64,000 bases of DNA from Candidatus Micrarchaeota archaeon (GCA_016926175.1 JAFGPA010000009.1:54-64053); one strand, 5' to 3'; positions 28,559 through 38,081 are shown, counted from the first letter of the stretch. Program-made: numbers and translations. Notes: generated from the letters alone by a model not told the origin.

Positions 28559-31159
28559 ATGAGATTTCCTGTTTTGCTAATTATAATGATCTTTATTTCC
28601 GGTTGCCTGCAGAGTATAGGCTCTGAAGAATTCAGAAATGACTACATCCGAAACCTGCACAGAACTCCAATAAATGATCCTTCACAGATTGAAGAATGCA
28701 AAATAGGAAGCTGCTATTGCATGGTGTGCCAGAACGGAAGTCCGATATGGGGGGGCATATGGAACAATCTTGTTGGCGGCAGATGCTACATGGAAACGGA
28801 ATGCACGCCCGAACGGGCAATGGAGCTGAGGAACAGCACAGCGACACCTGATCTTTCAATAAGAAATTTCATGCTTGGCCAGGGACCGTCCATTGGCGAC
28901 TTTTCCGATGCCAATCCCTATTGCTCCAACAAACTTTCAATGGCAGTGGAATGGCTTGTGGGGAATGCTGACAATGCCTATGAAATGCCTGATGCAGGCA
29001 GGGCACTATGCGTGCTGAGCAGGGAAATAATTCCGGTTTATATTCTTTACAGTGAAGGAGAAAATATCAATGCTGCCCGTGCAGGGGAGATTGGCCGTAG
29101 CCTTGCAAATGACGGCCAGAGCCTTTACCAGGGCTTTCTTACTCCCGGGCCGGTCGGTCCCAATATTGTTGTTACCGAAATCGATTACGATATTTCTGAT
29201 GCAGGCCAGATAATCGAGCAGATTCGTGCAGTGAAGAATGCATGCGGCGATGCCTGCTGGGTTGCTGTTGCACCAAAAATCGGTGATACCGAAGCGCTTG
29301 ATGCAGTGATGGCAAGTGCAGGGGATCAGGTTGATGTCATTGCATTTGGAGTTAATGGAAATTATGTTGATGCCTGCAGTTCTGGAAGAATAAGCTCGCA
29401 GAAGATGATGAACCAGGTTGTCAATTTCACTGAATATGCAGTTTACACCTATGGAAAGCCAGCTTTAATACCCTATATAATGTTTGATCCTGATACCACT
29501 GACATAAACGGATGCGTCTGGAAGGAAAGTGATGTGACAGCGGCATATGGCGCATTCATACCCGGAGGAATCCAGCGCCTGAGAAAAATCGGAGTGATCG
29601 GCTTTGCACCATATTCATTTAACTCAACCAGCTTTGGCTCTGTTTCCAATCCGCTGAAATGTGCCAACTGTGCAATTGCTTCAAATGAGCAAAGGCTCAG
29701 GGCATACTATGGAGCATGCCAGCAGTATACAAACATTTCAGGAACGCGGCCATCATATGGCAACGAGATTCTTTATCCAAATGAATCAGCGGGCTTCTGC
29801 GATTTCGGTACAAGCATTGAGGGCCTGCTCAGGGAGACCAGCTATGCCAGTGTGGGCGGAAACCGGGATTATCTTTCTCCAAATGCGCCGGAACTCAGGC
29901 CTGTCGGCACTCCATCATTCAGATGCAGTTCCTGCCTTTTGAGCAATATTACCTCCAATCCTGTTGCGCCGTTTAATTTTGGAGGCACAGCATCTGTTGA
30001 TTCTTCAAGTTTCCACGGCTGCATTGAATACCAGGATGAAATAAATGCATGGGCAGATGCAAGAAACCTTGATCCCATGCTTGTACGTGCATTTGCATTG
30101 ATTGAAAGCAATCTTGATCCAGGTGCGGCTGCAAGAGTGTGCAAGGAAGGATATACAGGCACAGGTCCTGACGGAAGACCATGCTTTGAAGCAAGCCCTG
30201 CACAGGATGAATGCTATTCAAATGCATACCGGATAATGGACGATCCGTCTGGAACATACGATTTTGCCGATGCTCCGGATGCAGAAGACCTTGATGAAGA
30301 CCCAGACTGGAAATGGTGCGGCCTTGGTTTTATGCAGTCACTGGAGCCTCCCTATACATTGTGGCCGGCATCTGTAAATCCAAGCGGAGAGCCCGGCGAG
30401 TTTGCGTGGGCATGCGATGATGCGGGAATCTGCTCTGAAAATCTTCTCGTTGTTGCAAGGGGATGCGCGGCGGAAACAGATCCTCCCGGGCAGTTCAATC
30501 CATTCAATATTTCACATTCACTGTGCATTGGAACATACAAGATGCAGCAGGGTCTGAACGCTGCAAGAGGAATAGTCCGCCAGATGAAAAGCGACGGCCT
30601 TCTTGTAAACAGCAATGCTGAAAACGAGGAAGTGCTTGCAGCTTATATAATGGCCCAGATGTACGGCGGTTCCTGGGGGATTACAGGAAGTAGTATGAAA
30701 ACAGTGAATGGCGTTCTTCCCCCATGCGGAAGCGAAACCTCTGCCGGGGACTGCTTCAGAAGCCTGTTTGCAGAGAATATGCGATGGAACAGGGACGCCT
30801 GCGTGGAAGACAGCGGCGGGGAACTTCCCTGGCAGTGCAGTGAAGAAGGCGTGCCAAGATGGCAACCTCCGGAATACTGTTTTGGGGAAAGCGATCCTGC
30901 TGTTTTCTGGGACCAGTGCATCCAGCCATTCCTGACAACTCCTAACAATCATGGAAATGTAAAAATGAAGCAGTTCTTTGCTCTGCAGAGTTGCAGTACC
31001 AATCTTTGTCCTGACGGCCTGAAAATGCTCAACGATATTTGCACTCCTGATGAAAGCGGAACACTAAATGAAGAGCTGTGCGAAGGCCCTGGAAGGCCGA
31101 GAATTCCTGAATCAGGAAGCTACTATGCACAGGCTGCAGAGCAGGCACAAGACAACTGA
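28559..31159 (+). CDS. Cys-rich secreted lipoprotein with alternating beta/alpha N-domain and lysozyme-like (GH23 / SLT-like) C-terminal signature
   Basis: Lipobox-like FISGC. LVRAFALIESNLDPGAAA (catalytic-Glu-like ES at nt 30104-30109), GLGFMQS (about nt 30320-30340), AYIMAQMYGG. Starts 33 nt after the giant ORF. Confidence 0.7.
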   Translation: MRFPVLLIIMIFISGCLQSIGSEEFRNDYIRNLHRTPINDPSQIEECKIGSCYCMVCQNGSPIWGGIWNNLVGGRCYMETECTPERAMELRNSTATPDLSIRNFMLGQGPSIGDFSDANPYCSNKLSMAVEWLVGNADNAYEMPDAGRALCVLSREIIPVYILYSEGENINAARAGEIGRSLANDGQSLYQGFLTPGPVGPNIVVTEIDYDISDAGQIIEQIRAVKNACGDACWVAVAPKIGDTEALDAVMASAGDQVDVIAFGVNGNYVDACSSGRISSQKMMNQVVNFTEYAVYTYGKPALIPYIMFDPDTTDINGCVWKESDVTAAYGAFIPGGIQRLRKIGVIGFAPYSFNSTSFGSVSNPLKCANCAIASNEQRLRAYYGACQQYTNISGTRPSYGNEILYPNESAGFCDFGTSIEGLLRETSYASVGGNRDYLSPNAPELRPVGTPSFRCSSCLLSNITSNPVAPFNFGGTASVDSSSFHGCIEYQDEINAWADARNLDPMLVRAFALIESNLDPGAAARVCKEGYTGTGPDGRPCFEASPAQDECYSNAYRIMDDPSGTYDFADAPDAEDLDEDPDWKWCGLGFMQSLEPPYTLWPASVNPSGEPGEFAWACDDAGICSENLLVVARGCAAETDPPGQFNPFNISHSLCIGTYKMQQGLNAARGIVRQMKSDGLLVNSNAENEEVLAAYIMAQMYGGSWGITGSSMKTVNGVLPPCGSETSAGDCFRSLFAENMRWNRDACVEDSGGELPWQCSEEGVPRWQPPEYCFGESDPAVFWDQCIQPFLTTPNNHGNVKMKQFFALQSCSTNLCPDGLKMLNDICTPDESGTLNEELCEGPGRPRIPESGSYYAQAAEQAQDN

Positions 31160-31176
31160 GAAAACAGAAGCCATTT

Positions 31177-32307
31177 CTATTTCAGCCATTCTTTTCCTTC
31201 TATTTTTTTCTTGATGTATTCTCCTACAAATGTAAGCCTTTCGCCCTGCAAAGCATCCTGCTCAATCTTTTTCTTGGTTTTCAGCACAAGCTTGAGTTCG
31301 TGGACCCAGTCCTTTGACCTGTTGATCCACGGATAGCCGAGCATCTCTTCAGCCCTTTTGATGTCAACTTCCTTTGCCCTGATTGTCAGCTTGTCAAGAA
31401 ACTTGAATTCTTCAATGTCGCTCATTGTTACCCCTATGAATTTTGCTTCTGGAACAGCAAAATCCCTTCCAAGATATGCAAGGTTCATGCTTCCTGTCTT
31501 GATTGTCCAGTAGATGTACCATCCCCACGCATCACAGTCCATAAGGCAATATACCGGCAGTTTTCTGTCTGCAAGCTTCCTCAGCAGCCTTCTTGTTCCC
31601 CTTGTCGACTGCCCCTTTGGCGTGACCAGCAGGCAGTTTTCCTTTTTCCAGAATTTGTCTTCATTCAGTCTTTGCCAGAGGGCATCTTTTTCCACTACAA
31701 GAACCCACTCTGCATCCAAGGATTCAATATCCATCCCATTATCGACATCAGATGGGATGGACCATCCTGACCTTCCCTGTTTTGAAAGGTCTATCAATGT
31801 TTCTTCACCGCCAAACCTGTCCCTGATGGTCATTCCCCCTGCCACAAATCCCTTCCTGTCTGTTGTAAGGTTGAGATCCTCTCTTTTCAGCTTCAGTGCA
31901 ACTTCCAGGTCTTCGATCAATGCATTGGATTCGCTCTGCTCTGTGAAAAGATCCTCATCCATTTCCTCCCCAAGTGAGAACTTCAGCTGGTAGAAAAGAC
32001 CCCTGATTGAGGTGTGCAGGTCCTGCTCCAGGAATGTTTTTGATTTTGCAGCAATTGCAACAGTCTGCATGAATGTCCTTGCCTGTGCAACTGAAAGATA
32101 TTTCCTCAGTTCTTTTTTATCGCCTGTTCTGAGACAGCCCAGCCCTTCATCATAAATGGTATTGCCTTTTGTTCTCAAAGTGGTTTCAAATGTCGGGCCT
32201 TCTCCTGCATGGATCTGCACAACCATGTCTTTTCCGAGCTTTTCAAGCTTCTCCTTCGCTTTCATCTTTCTCCTCCTCAATTCTTTCGGTGGTTTCGGGC
32301 TCATCAT
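31177..32307 (-). CDS. top6A: DNA topoisomerase VI subunit A (Spo11-like)
   Basis: RGLFYQLK region with the catalytic Tyr, Toprim VLVVEKDA and CLMDCDAWG. Alternative start MKAKEK at 32265; overlaps the top6B end. Confidence 0.9.
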   Translation of the reverse strand: MMSPKPPKELRRRKMKAKEKLEKLGKDMVVQIHAGEGPTFETTLRTKGNTIYDEGLGCLRTGDKKELRKYLSVAQARTFMQTVAIAAKSKTFLEQDLHTSIRGLFYQLKFSLGEEMDEDLFTEQSESNALIEDLEVALKLKREDLNLTTDRKGFVAGGMTIRDRFGGEETLIDLSKQGRSGWSIPSDVDNGMDIESLDAEWVLVVEKDALWQRLNEDKFWKKENCLLVTPKGQSTRGTRRLLRKLADRKLPVYCLMDCDAWGWYIYWTIKTGSMNLAYLGRDFAVPEAKFIGVTMSDIEEFKFLDKLTIRAKEVDIKRAEEMLGYPWINRSKDWVHELKLVLKTKKKIEQDALQGERLTFVGEYIKKKIEGKEWLK

Positions 32308-33829
32308 CCTTCATGGTCACATATTTGTCTTCCACGATGGAAGAAAGTTTCTTTGACAGTTTTTCCTTTTTCTCGCCAGTAAGAGATGCAAGATCTGCAG
32401 ACAGCTGCTCAATATATCTTGAAACGACTTTTTTCTTTGTGGCAATTTCATTAGCTTTTCTTTTTCCTGAAATAAATTTCTGTATTCCCCTGGAAGCTTC
32501 CATAACGGCAAACTTTATCTCTGCCATAAGATCTTCCTCATTGGCTATTGCCTGCTTGCCTGCGCTTGTATACGGTACATGTACGGAAACAACATTTACC
32601 AGGACTGCAATCGGCTCGTCTTCAAAATTTCTGATGTTGTACCGCTTCCAGTCTATGCTCCTGATGGTTTCTGTAATTGCGCAGCCTCCTGCATCGAAAA
32701 GAAGCGGAACCTTGTTTGCAAACCTCATCAGTTCTCCTTTTTTGTTGGCATCACTTACACCGCCTCCGTAGGCAATTGCAGTTTCAATGACGAAAGGAAT
32801 CCCCCCCCGGTAGACCTTCGGGCTTCTTTCAGTTACTACCAGCACATCCGGGTTGAAAATATTTCTGAACGACGCTTCAATCTGCTGCTGCCCTATCGGA
32901 ACAAGAGAATCTGTTGCCGGAGCTATCCACTTCACTTTTCCAAATGCCTCTACTATTTTCTCAGCCTCGGCCCAGGTAAGATCGCCCGGTTTTTTCCTGA
33001 AATTCACTTCCGGGGCCAGATCCCTCAATTCAGAAACCTTTCCTGCACTCACCCTTGAAAATGCATTCTGTAAAAATGAAGAAAGCCTGGTTTCCGTGGA
33101 ATGCTTTGCGAATTCAAGAATATCATGTGTTGTTATCCCAAGCGGATGCGGCCTGATTTCAAACGGCCTTTTGGGGTTTTCTTCTATTGATCTAGGAAAC
33201 AATGTTTTTTCACTGTTCGGCTCAAGCAGCGATATGATTGCATTTGGATTTGTGAGCGCCGTTCTTCTCAGGTATTCAAAAACCCCGTAGTTGCTTCTTT
33301 CATACCTTACATCCTTGTATTCTGAAATCACCGTAAGTCCTGATTCTTCGGTATCCTGCTCTTCAATAACTTCAACAACCGGCTTGTTTTTCTTGAAATC
33401 CATGGATATCCTTGCAGTCAGTTTCTTTCCATTGTGGCATGTAACTGCCTTTGTGGGCTGGCCAGTTGTTATGTATGAAAACATGGTGCAGGCTGATGCT
33501 CCTATCCCCTGCTGCCCCCGTTGCTGGATATACCTGTGGAATTTTGTTCCTGCCAGCATCTGGCCAAGGGCCTTTCCAATATGTGTTTTTGGTATTCCCG
33601 GTCCATTGTCCTTTACCGTAACCTGGTAATGGTCCTTTCCAAGCTCGTTTATTTCTACTGAAATTTCAGGGAGAATACCTGCCTCTTCGCAGGCATCAAG
33701 GCTGTTTGTTACAAACTCGTGGACAATCATTGTAAGAGAGCGAATCTTCCCTGAAAAACCCAGCATCTGCCGGTTTTTCTTAAAAAATTCGGCTACGGAG
33801 TGCTCCTTAAAGTCTTTGAATTCATCCAT
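32243..33829 (-). CDS. top6B: DNA topoisomerase VI subunit B (GHKL ATPase)
   Basis: Bergerat fold EFVTNSLDA, DNGPGI, GQQGIGAS. Transducer domain. Confidence 0.92.
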   Translation of the reverse strand: MDEFKDFKEHSVAEFFKKNRQMLGFSGKIRSLTMIVHEFVTNSLDACEEAGILPEISVEINELGKDHYQVTVKDNGPGIPKTHIGKALGQMLAGTKFHRYIQQRGQQGIGASACTMFSYITTGQPTKAVTCHNGKKLTARISMDFKKNKPVVEVIEEQDTEESGLTVISEYKDVRYERSNYGVFEYLRRTALTNPNAIISLLEPNSEKTLFPRSIEENPKRPFEIRPHPLGITTHDILEFAKHSTETRLSSFLQNAFSRVSAGKVSELRDLAPEVNFRKKPGDLTWAEAEKIVEAFGKVKWIAPATDSLVPIGQQQIEASFRNIFNPDVLVVTERSPKVYRGGIPFVIETAIAYGGGVSDANKKGELMRFANKVPLLFDAGGCAITETIRSIDWKRYNIRNFEDEPIAVLVNVVSVHVPYTSAGKQAIANEEDLMAEIKFAVMEASRGIQKFISGKRKANEIATKKKVVSRYIEQLSADLASLTGEKKEKLSKKLSSIVEDKYVTMKDDEPETTERIEEEKDESEGEA

Positions 33830-33944
33830 GAAATAACCTCAACTGGTGCTGAAATGATTATCTGCAATGGCTTTATTATTGCTTTCTCTTCTGAAAAAAC
33901 CCACAAACCACCACCTTTAAATATCTGCTCTACGTAATAATCGC

Positions 33945-34433
33945 ATGCAACGTTCGTCCCAAGTAACCCGTCAAATACCACAATCTGAATACTCCAGGAC
34001 TGCCCTCAGGGGAAAACAGCTGCTTGAAGAATCAATAAGATGCCCAAAAAGAGAAAACCGGGCCCTCAGGGTTCTTGTTCTGGACGATTGCCCGGAAGTA
34101 CTGTTCCTATACCAGGATCTTCTCAGGTCGGACAATGTGCAGATTTTTGCTCCAAAACCAGTCAATTCAGTAAAAGAGGCAATGGACCTTGTCCGGGAAG
34201 TGAAGCCGGATCTTGTGATCAGCGATCTTTGCCTTACCATGGGCCGCACTGAGGGGTTTGAAATTCTGGCCAGAATCCGGAAAGAAATGCCTTTTGTTCC
34301 AGTTGCCCTTTCCACAAGCAGCTATCCCTATCAGCATGATCTTGTTGCAGAGATAGATAAAAAGGAATTTGATGCTGTTTTTAACAAAGGCGATCTTAAG
34401 GGACTTCAGGATTTTATCTCTAGGAACCTCTGA
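33945..34433 (+). CDS. Orphan response-regulator receiver (CheY-like) protein
   Basis: VLVLDDCPE acidic pair, DLVISDLCLTMG phospho-acceptor region, ALSTSS, FNKGD. No histidine kinase in the window. Confidence 0.65.
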   Translation: MQRSSQVTRQIPQSEYSRTALRGKQLLEESIRCPKRENRALRVLVLDDCPEVLFLYQDLLRSDNVQIFAPKPVNSVKEAMDLVREVKPDLVISDLCLTMGRTEGFEILARIRKEMPFVPVALSTSSYPYQHDLVAEIDKKEFDAVFNKGDLKGLQDFISRNL

Positions 34434-34944
34434 ATTTTGCATCCATTATCTGGCGCCTTGCCTTTGCCAGGTAGCTTAAAACACCGGAATGCGGAGCCCC
34501 GCTGATAATCTTGTATACTGCTTCTTTTGCATATTCAATTGTTTCAAGTTTTGCGATTATCCCTACAGTATGCCCATAGACGCTGACAAATGATTCGGTG
34601 GCGTTTTCAATCTCGGTCTTTATCTTCCCTTTTTCCCCGATTATCCGGGCCTTTATCCTTTCCATTGCCTTTTCAGAAGGAAGTACTTCCCTGAGATGAA
34701 TAATATAAAATGCATAATCGTCCTTTACCAGCTGAAGCGCCTTTCTTGGCTCAAATCCCCTTCCAATGGCCCTTACAACATCCATGGCAAAGAAAATGTT
34801 TTCCGACTCGCCACTGATCTCAACTTCTTCATCACGGACAGTGATTTTTATTTTGCATTTTTCCTCTATTTTCTTCTTTGTCTGGCCCTTTTTCCCGATC
34901 AGTACACTGATCCGTTCCCTGGGAATCTTTATTATCTCGGTCAT
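34420..34944 (-). CDS. KH-domain RNA-binding protein (archaeal Dim2/Pno1-like)
   Basis: Two KH modules with VLIGKKGQTKKKIE and IIGEKGKIKTEIE GXXG loops. Confidence 0.85.
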   Translation of the reverse strand: MTEIIKIPRERISVLIGKKGQTKKKIEEKCKIKITVRDEEVEISGESENIFFAMDVVRAIGRGFEPRKALQLVKDDYAFYIIHLREVLPSEKAMERIKARIIGEKGKIKTEIENATESFVSVYGHTVGIIAKLETIEYAKEAVYKIISGAPHSGVLSYLAKARRQIMDAKFRGS

Positions 34945-35717
34945 TTCAATATCTCCTTCAGTATTCTCCTTATCTCGTCATTATTTTCAGTTTCAAGTCT
35001 TTTTGCAGCCTCTCCTTTCACTTCATCATCATTGATTGATTTCAATGCTCTTGCAGCAGCGAGCCTTGCCTCCTCATCCCAGTGTGAAAGAAGAATGATG
35101 AATGTTTTTTTTACTTCATCCTGATCGCCTATCGATGATATGGCTTTGATGGCATTTTTCTGATTCTCTCCTATGTCCCCTCTTGCAAATATTACAAGTT
35201 CCTTTTTCAGCTGCATACTTAATTCAGCATCGTCAAGGTTAGCTATATACTCCAATGCAACAGATGCATCATTGCTGCTTCTCAGCATTGAACTCATGCA
35301 ATGCACTATCTTTTCTTTTTCCTGTATTTTCCTGAGGCTTTGTATTACAATATCCTTTATCCTGTGCTTTTTTTCAAGTGCCAGCATAAGGAAATCTGCA
35401 AGCGCATCCTCCCATCCGCCGTCTATCAGCATTTGTATTGTATATAATGTGATGAACTTTGGGGAAAGTCCGTACTGATTGCTGTGTTCCTGGGAAAGTA
35501 TGGATACAGCTACCCTCATCAGTGCGAACCTGTCTTCTTCCAGCGTTGAAATATCAACTCCCGGACTTTTTGTGGCAGCATACGACCCCATTATTTTCCA
35601 GAACAAATCCCTAATGTTTGCATCTGGCGATAATCCAAACTTATCCAGAGAAGGCGGTTTCGGCTCTTCCGGCACCTCCTCTATATCGTCATCGCCGCCA
35701 AACCCCTGTTTTGGCAT
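34941..35717 (-). CDS. HEAT (PBS-lyase-type) repeat protein
   Basis: Repeated helical pairs, e.g. NQKNAIKAISSIGDQDE and DEEARLAAARALKSINDDE. 4-nt overlap with the downstream KH gene. Confidence 0.6.
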   Translation of the reverse strand: MPKQGFGGDDDIEEVPEEPKPPSLDKFGLSPDANIRDLFWKIMGSYAATKSPGVDISTLEEDRFALMRVAVSILSQEHSNQYGLSPKFITLYTIQMLIDGGWEDALADFLMLALEKKHRIKDIVIQSLRKIQEKEKIVHCMSSMLRSSNDASVALEYIANLDDAELSMQLKKELVIFARGDIGENQKNAIKAISSIGDQDEVKKTFIILLSHWDEEARLAAARALKSINDDEVKGEAAKRLETENNDEIRRILKEILK

Positions 35718-35752
35718 ACAAATTTATCCCTGTTGTTCTTTAAAAAACCTTT

Positions 35753-36370
35753 ATGTCAAACCTGGAAATGGTTGAATACCTGAAAAGGCAGGGTTATCTG
35801 AAATCAAAAAGGGTGGAATCCGCCCTTCTTGCAACAGACCGCGCAGACTTTACCGGGTCTCCCTACTGCGACAGTCCCCAGCCCGTTGCCCGGGGGCAGA
35901 CAATCTCTGCACCCTCTGTCGTTGCATTCATGCTTGAGCACCTGGATGTCCGGTCCGGGATGAAAGTCCTTGAAATAGGGACAGGTTCAGGCTACAATAC
36001 TGCTTTGCTTTCCCGCCTTGTTGAAAGCGGGAAGGTAATATCGTTTGAATTCTATGATGAAGTTTTTGAAGTTGCAGAAAAAAACCTGAAGAACTTCAAA
36101 AATGTTGAAATTTATCTTGGTGATGGAAGCGCAGGACATGAAAAGCAGGCTCCATATGACCGCATCATTGTAACGGCAGCCATGCCATCCCTTGATGATG
36201 ATCATCCGCTGATCCGGCAATTAAAGCATGACGGAAAACTCGTTGCTCCTGTGGGAAGCCGCTACCATCAGGACATTGTGGTTTTTGATAATTCCAAAAA
36301 GACACGTGCAAAAGTGCTTCCGGTAATTTTTGTTCCCTTAAGGGGGAAGCTTGGTTTCACTTCCATTTGA
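35753..36370 (+). CDS. pcm: Protein-L-isoaspartate O-methyltransferase
   Basis: GQTISAPSVVAFMLE, SAM-binding VLEIGTGSGYNTALL, YDRIIVTAA. Confidence 0.9.
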   Translation: MSNLEMVEYLKRQGYLKSKRVESALLATDRADFTGSPYCDSPQPVARGQTISAPSVVAFMLEHLDVRSGMKVLEIGTGSGYNTALLSRLVESGKVISFEFYDEVFEVAEKNLKNFKNVEIYLGDGSAGHEKQAPYDRIIVTAAMPSLDDDHPLIRQLKHDGKLVAPVGSRYHQDIVVFDNSKKTRAKVLPVIFVPLRGKLGFTSI

Positions 36371-36905
36371 TGTTGCATCCGCATGACGGCAAAGCCTGCA
36401 CAGTTACCTCTTTCCCTTCCAGCAGCTGCCTGACCGCATCTTCCATTTCAGAAGTTTTTCCTTCTTCATGCTTTTTTCCATGGGCATCGTCAAATCTTCC
36501 ATGGTAAACAAGCTTCAGGCCAGCATCAAAAAGAAAAGGATCGGGAGTGCATTCAGCGCCATATGCTTTTGCAGTCTCCTGGCTTTCATCAAATAAATAA
36601 ATGAAATTGAAAGAGTATTTTTCCGAGTATTCTTTCATCTTTTCAAAACTGTCTTCCCTATAATTATCAGAATCATTGGAATTTATGCCGATAACCTGCA
36701 ATTCCGGATATTTATTTTGCAGTTCAATGAAATAAGCGAGTTTCGGGACAACATATGGGCAATGGTTGCACATGAAGATAATCAAAACAGGCTTTCCCCT
36801 GAATTCTGAAAGCGAATGGCTCCTGCCGTCTGTTCCTGGAAGATCAAATTCCGGAGCACTGTCCCCTCTCCCCAATTTCCTGTAGCTTGAATATGTCAGT
36901 GTCAT
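36357..36905 (-). CDS. Thioredoxin-fold protein (peroxiredoxin-like, CxxC)
   Basis: PVLIIFMCNHCPYV redox motif and AhpC/TSA-like layout. Confidence 0.8.
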   Translation of the reverse strand: MTLTYSSYRKLGRGDSAPEFDLPGTDGRSHSLSEFRGKPVLIIFMCNHCPYVVPKLAYFIELQNKYPELQVIGINSNDSDNYREDSFEKMKEYSEKYSFNFIYLFDESQETAKAYGAECTPDPFLFDAGLKLVYHGRFDDAHGKKHEEGKTSEMEDAVRQLLEGKEVTVQALPSCGCNIKWK

Positions 36906-37144
36906 TTTTTCACTATCCCCCGCTGCCTTCTTTTACCCTGAATGGGCTCACAGGCCATTTCTGGTTTCTTTTTGCTTAATTCGACAAAATACCTTCCTAT
37001 CAACCTTCTTATTTCACCGTATGCATCTTTTTCATCTTCCACCTGTCCTATAACTCCGGGAAGATCAGGAACAGTTATTACGAATTTTCCTTTTTCCCCC
37101 CGCTCCACCAGAACCCTGTATCCCTCTACTTCAATTTCTTTCAT
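36902..37144 (-). CDS. HicB-family antitoxin-like protein
   Basis: MKEIEVEGYRVLVERGEKGKFVITVPDLPGVIGQVEDEKDAYGEIRRLI matches the HicB/UPF0150 pattern. ATG 37144 lies 1 nt after the upstream stop. Confidence 0.65.
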   Translation of the reverse strand: MKEIEVEGYRVLVERGEKGKFVITVPDLPGVIGQVEDEKDAYGEIRRLIGRYFVELSKKKPEMACEPIQGKRRQRGIVKK

Positions 37145-37145
37145 A

Positions 37146-38081
37146 TTAAATCGCCTTTCTTGCTGCTTCAAATTCTCCGGGAGTCACTCCGATATCCCTT
37201 ACTATCTTTCTTACAGTTATGGGGTCATACTCCCCATCATGCGGATCAGAAATTGTCAGGCTTTTCGGCCCTTCAAATACAAGTTCTTTGACCTTTCTCT
37301 TAAGTTCAAAACCCAGCTGCGCAAGAACCTTAACCATCTCAGCCTTTTTCATTGGCCGTGAAACATACTTCTCTTCCTTTTCTTTAATTTTCTCTTCAGG
37401 CACCGGAATGCCAAGCTGTCTGCTTATTTCCTGATAGCTGTCCAGAAGAATTCCGGGAGTTTGGTTGTAATCAACCCATGCCGGAAGTGCTGTTGTTTTT
37501 GCCCATTCATCTATCATTTCTTTTTTGGTTTCCATGGCTTCCAATTCTGAAATGAAATTATTCTCATCCGGTATAAGGATTATCTCAGGGTATTCCCCAA
37601 AAATCTTTTTTACCACATCTTTTCCAAGTGAAGTGATCCAGATGTCTTCTACCCTTTCTTCTATTTTGCCAGGCCCCAGCAATGCTTCTGCACGTTCCAT
37701 TATTCCTTCATCAGTTATGCCTATTGACCCAAGCAGTTCCCTCGTTTTTTTACTTGCAGAAACTCCTCCTTCAAGCATCCCAATCCTGAAAACCCCGCTT
37801 TTTTCCCTGCGTTCACTTCTGCGCCTTTCTTCACGCTCTTTTATTGCATTCTGCACAGAGGCAAGTTTTAATATCATATTTTCAGCTTTCTTCAGATTTT
37901 CCCTGTCACTTTTTTCATATATCTCAACAAGAAAACCGAGCCTTGTGGAACCAGTGATTGTTACCTCATACCCAATATCTGAAACAAATTTGTGGATTTC
38001 CTGCTGAAGCTCTGGATCAAGGTCCCGTAACATGATTGATTTTACCGAATCAAGATTCATACGTTCTTTCCCGCTTTTCAT
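37146..38081 (-). CDS. 311-aa protein with C-terminal HicA-like domain
   Basis: The last ~65 aa, MKKAEMVKVLAQLGFELKRKVKELVFEGPKSLTISDPHDGEYDPITVRKIVRDIGVTPGEF, follow the HicA/YcfA pattern. The N-terminal ~240 aa are unassigned. Confidence 0.55.
   Translation of the reverse strand: MKSGKERMNLDSVKSIMLRDLDPELQQEIHKFVSDIGYEVTITGSTRLGFLVEIYEKSDRENLKKAENMILKLASVQNAIKEREERRRSERREKSGVFRIGMLEGGVSASKKTRELLGSIGITDEGIMERAEALLGPGKIEERVEDIWITSLGKDVVKKIFGEYPEIILIPDENNFISELEAMETKKEMIDEWAKTTALPAWVDYNQTPGILLDSYQEISRQLGIPVPEEKIKEKEEKYVSRPMKKAEMVKVLAQLGFELKRKVKELVFEGPKSLTISDPHDGEYDPITVRKIVRDIGVTPGEFEAARKAI

Noticed and set aside
22081-31159. Integrated virus or conjugative (type IV secretion-like) element explaining the giant protein, lytic enzyme and ATPase.
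   Set aside because: The region has no integrase, capsid, portal or terminase genes, no VirB4/VirD4-type ATPase, no flanking direct repeats and no tRNA target. The ATPase is not of the secretion type.
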